Part shown: piece by piece, positions 62,532 to 64,000 of the stretch
Numbering within the stretch: position 1 is the stretch's first letter
Layout: each line of letters opens with the position of its first letter
NCBI GenBank assembly: GCA_977030845.1
Contig: OZ365111.1
Span: 36,828,001-36,892,000 of the forward strand
DNA length: 64,000 nt
Reading direction: 5' to 3'
Source of the DNA: Fimbriosthenelais zetlandica
Taxonomy: Eukaryota
Position numbers and translations under genes: made by a program
Notes under the pieces: model-generated
What the model saw: only the letters and a program-made list of their open reading frames with translations
The model's database searches: none
What the model was told of the DNA's origin: nothing

Positions 62532-62560
62532 AGGTTTTGCCGGGTTTCGAACCCAGGACC
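62532..62560 (-). pseudogene. trnV: tRNA-Val 3' fragment (variable loop to acceptor stem); array boundary
   Basis: Homology stops abruptly inside the variable loop at 62560. Confidence 0.85.
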
Positions 62561-62749
62561 AAAAATAATAATAAAAGTAATTGACATATTGACAGTGTTT
62601 GTTGGGAGAGAGAAAGGAATGCTGCCACAGATCGCTTCACTTCTGTCATTTGTCGTGCAATCATATCAGAGTTGAATCAGCGTAGAACCAAGCCTGTCCG
62701 AGGCTGATAGCGTCATTTTTGTCATTGTTGTCCCTCTGTGTGTGTATTT

Positions 62750-62890
62750 AGAACTGCGCGCATTGGGGAAGGTATCACTCCGCCACGGCAATGTAGAGTT
62801 GGGGGCCTCGCTTTCGCTGTCCTCAGTACACTGACGTCACGTCACGTCACATCACGTCGTGGCCCACTCAAAAACCAGAGCGCGGGGAGA
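62750..62890. promoter_or_regulatory. CpG-rich promoter-like patch with CRE and TCACG reiteration
   Basis: TGACGTCA 62832-62839 continuing as CGTCACGTCACATCACGTCG to 62859. Confidence 0.4.
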
Positions 62891-64000
62891 GAAAAAGCCT
62901 AGCGGGGAATGGAAGTACTACTAATACCAATACTGCTGCTTCTCAGAGGGGCCCCGCCATAAGAAAGCCACAGGCCTGTATTGTGGCCAAGTGATGTCAA
63001 AACGATGATACCTCCCGAGCTCACAGTTTCTGGCAGCCCAATAGAAGTTGTCCCTACCCATCTGGGACAGAACTGTGCCATGCTTTTACCCGCAATTGAT
63101 AACATTACTTGTTCCGAGGACAAAGTGTAGTTATTTAGATCGCGTTAGGGATTGTCGCCCCAAGTTGGAAGCTGGCCCATCTTGGAGAGGGGCAACACAA
63201 TGCCTGCTGTCTCGGCTTCCCCACTGGCCGATCGATAACTATAGAAGTTGATCATGTTTTGTTAGGGAATCAAGCAGAATCAGTCTGGGAAGGATAAGTC
63301 ATCTGCGTCCCTAAGATAGAGGGTTATTTCATCTCTAAAAGCATTGTGGGGTCTGGATATATTCCCTATAAGAAGATGGCATCGTACTTTTAGACAAAAC
63401 AGAATTGAGGCTATTGTCTTAGTTTTTTTTTCTTGGAATGACGTTTTGGAATGGAAAGACGGATGTGGAAGACATAAAGTAAAAAGTGATTTTGAAATGG
63501 CACTTTTGATAGCAAGAGGTGAGCACTTCAGAACAGTCAAAACTTACTAGAAAGAGACATAAAAATAAGGTATAATTTAATAACATAAGTATTGGTTTTT
63601 CGTAAATAATAATCTCTTCCATTTTCATTTAATGTAGAAGGTGTATACACATATTACGAAATGCATTAATTGACTATTTCTGCCTTCGGGTGTTGCTCAC
63701 CCCCTGCCGGAATAACGATCATGCAAGTTGACCCATATTCCATTGATAAAGCGCCAAGGTGTGGGTCTCATTTTAAACAGTAATTCTGCCTTGTTTGTAA
63801 TTAAGCATTGTCAGCGAGGCAGAGTAAAATTACAGCATTGCTCCCTATCTCGCTCCCAGAGCATTTTGAGTGCATGGGGTTTGTGACCGAAATAGCAGGA
63901 AGAAAAATGAGCCATTGGCTATAATCCCAATGACTGTTGTACCTTCGTAAGTGAATAGCAGCCTTCAAAGCCCAATCGAATGGAAATCAAACATTGATTC

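Larger units (their letters stand above)
57794..62560 (-). repeat. tRNA-Val tandem array with 20-23-bp minisatellite spacers (22 tRNA-derived units)
   Basis: Repeating leader + tRNA + n x (T/C)ACTGCACAGTTTCAAAA(TGAA/AG/AGAA/AAGCA). Confidence 0.97.

Noticed and set aside
58066-62675. Repeated ORFs such as MKLCSILFETSQ... and MITTTLQNPACG...
   Set aside because: They are translations of the tRNA/minisatellite units, with TTG/GTG starts and no protein-like features.
63005-63312. LINE reverse-transcriptase-like snippets (IPPELTVSGSPIEVVPTHLG on plus; DADDL on minus)
   Set aside because: The snippets are short, on opposite strands and without flanking RT motifs; an HMM or RepeatMasker hit would be needed.

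Overview
Animal genomic DNA (roughly 40% GC, one 235-N gap); possibly an invertebrate deuterostome, which is inference only. (1) The 5' part of a Musashi (msi) RNA-binding-protein gene lies on the minus strand. Six coding exons (42568->717) splice into [141 protein letters not shown], i.e. RRM1 plus the start of RRM2. All introns are GT-AG, intron 5 is 39.3 kb, and the rest of the gene lies left of the window. (2) About 13.5 kb of AT-rich non-coding DNA lies upstream of the gene. (3) A tRNA-Val cluster spans 56121-62560: three decaying plus-strand copies face a 4.8-kb minus-strand tandem array. The array holds 13 full-length genes (AAC and CAC interleaved), 3 copies with an 8-nt D-arm deletion and 6 fragments, separated by a 20-23-bp minisatellite that carries a Pol III terminator in each unit. 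Most notable are a structurally compensated but non-canonical Val body with U73, terminator-stack spacers, three 5'-tRF-like minigenes, a frame-compatible candidate alternative exon 2b of msi that would remove RNP2, and enrichment of RFX X-box cores around msi. No other protein-coding gene or recognisable transposon could be supported. All counts were done by hand.
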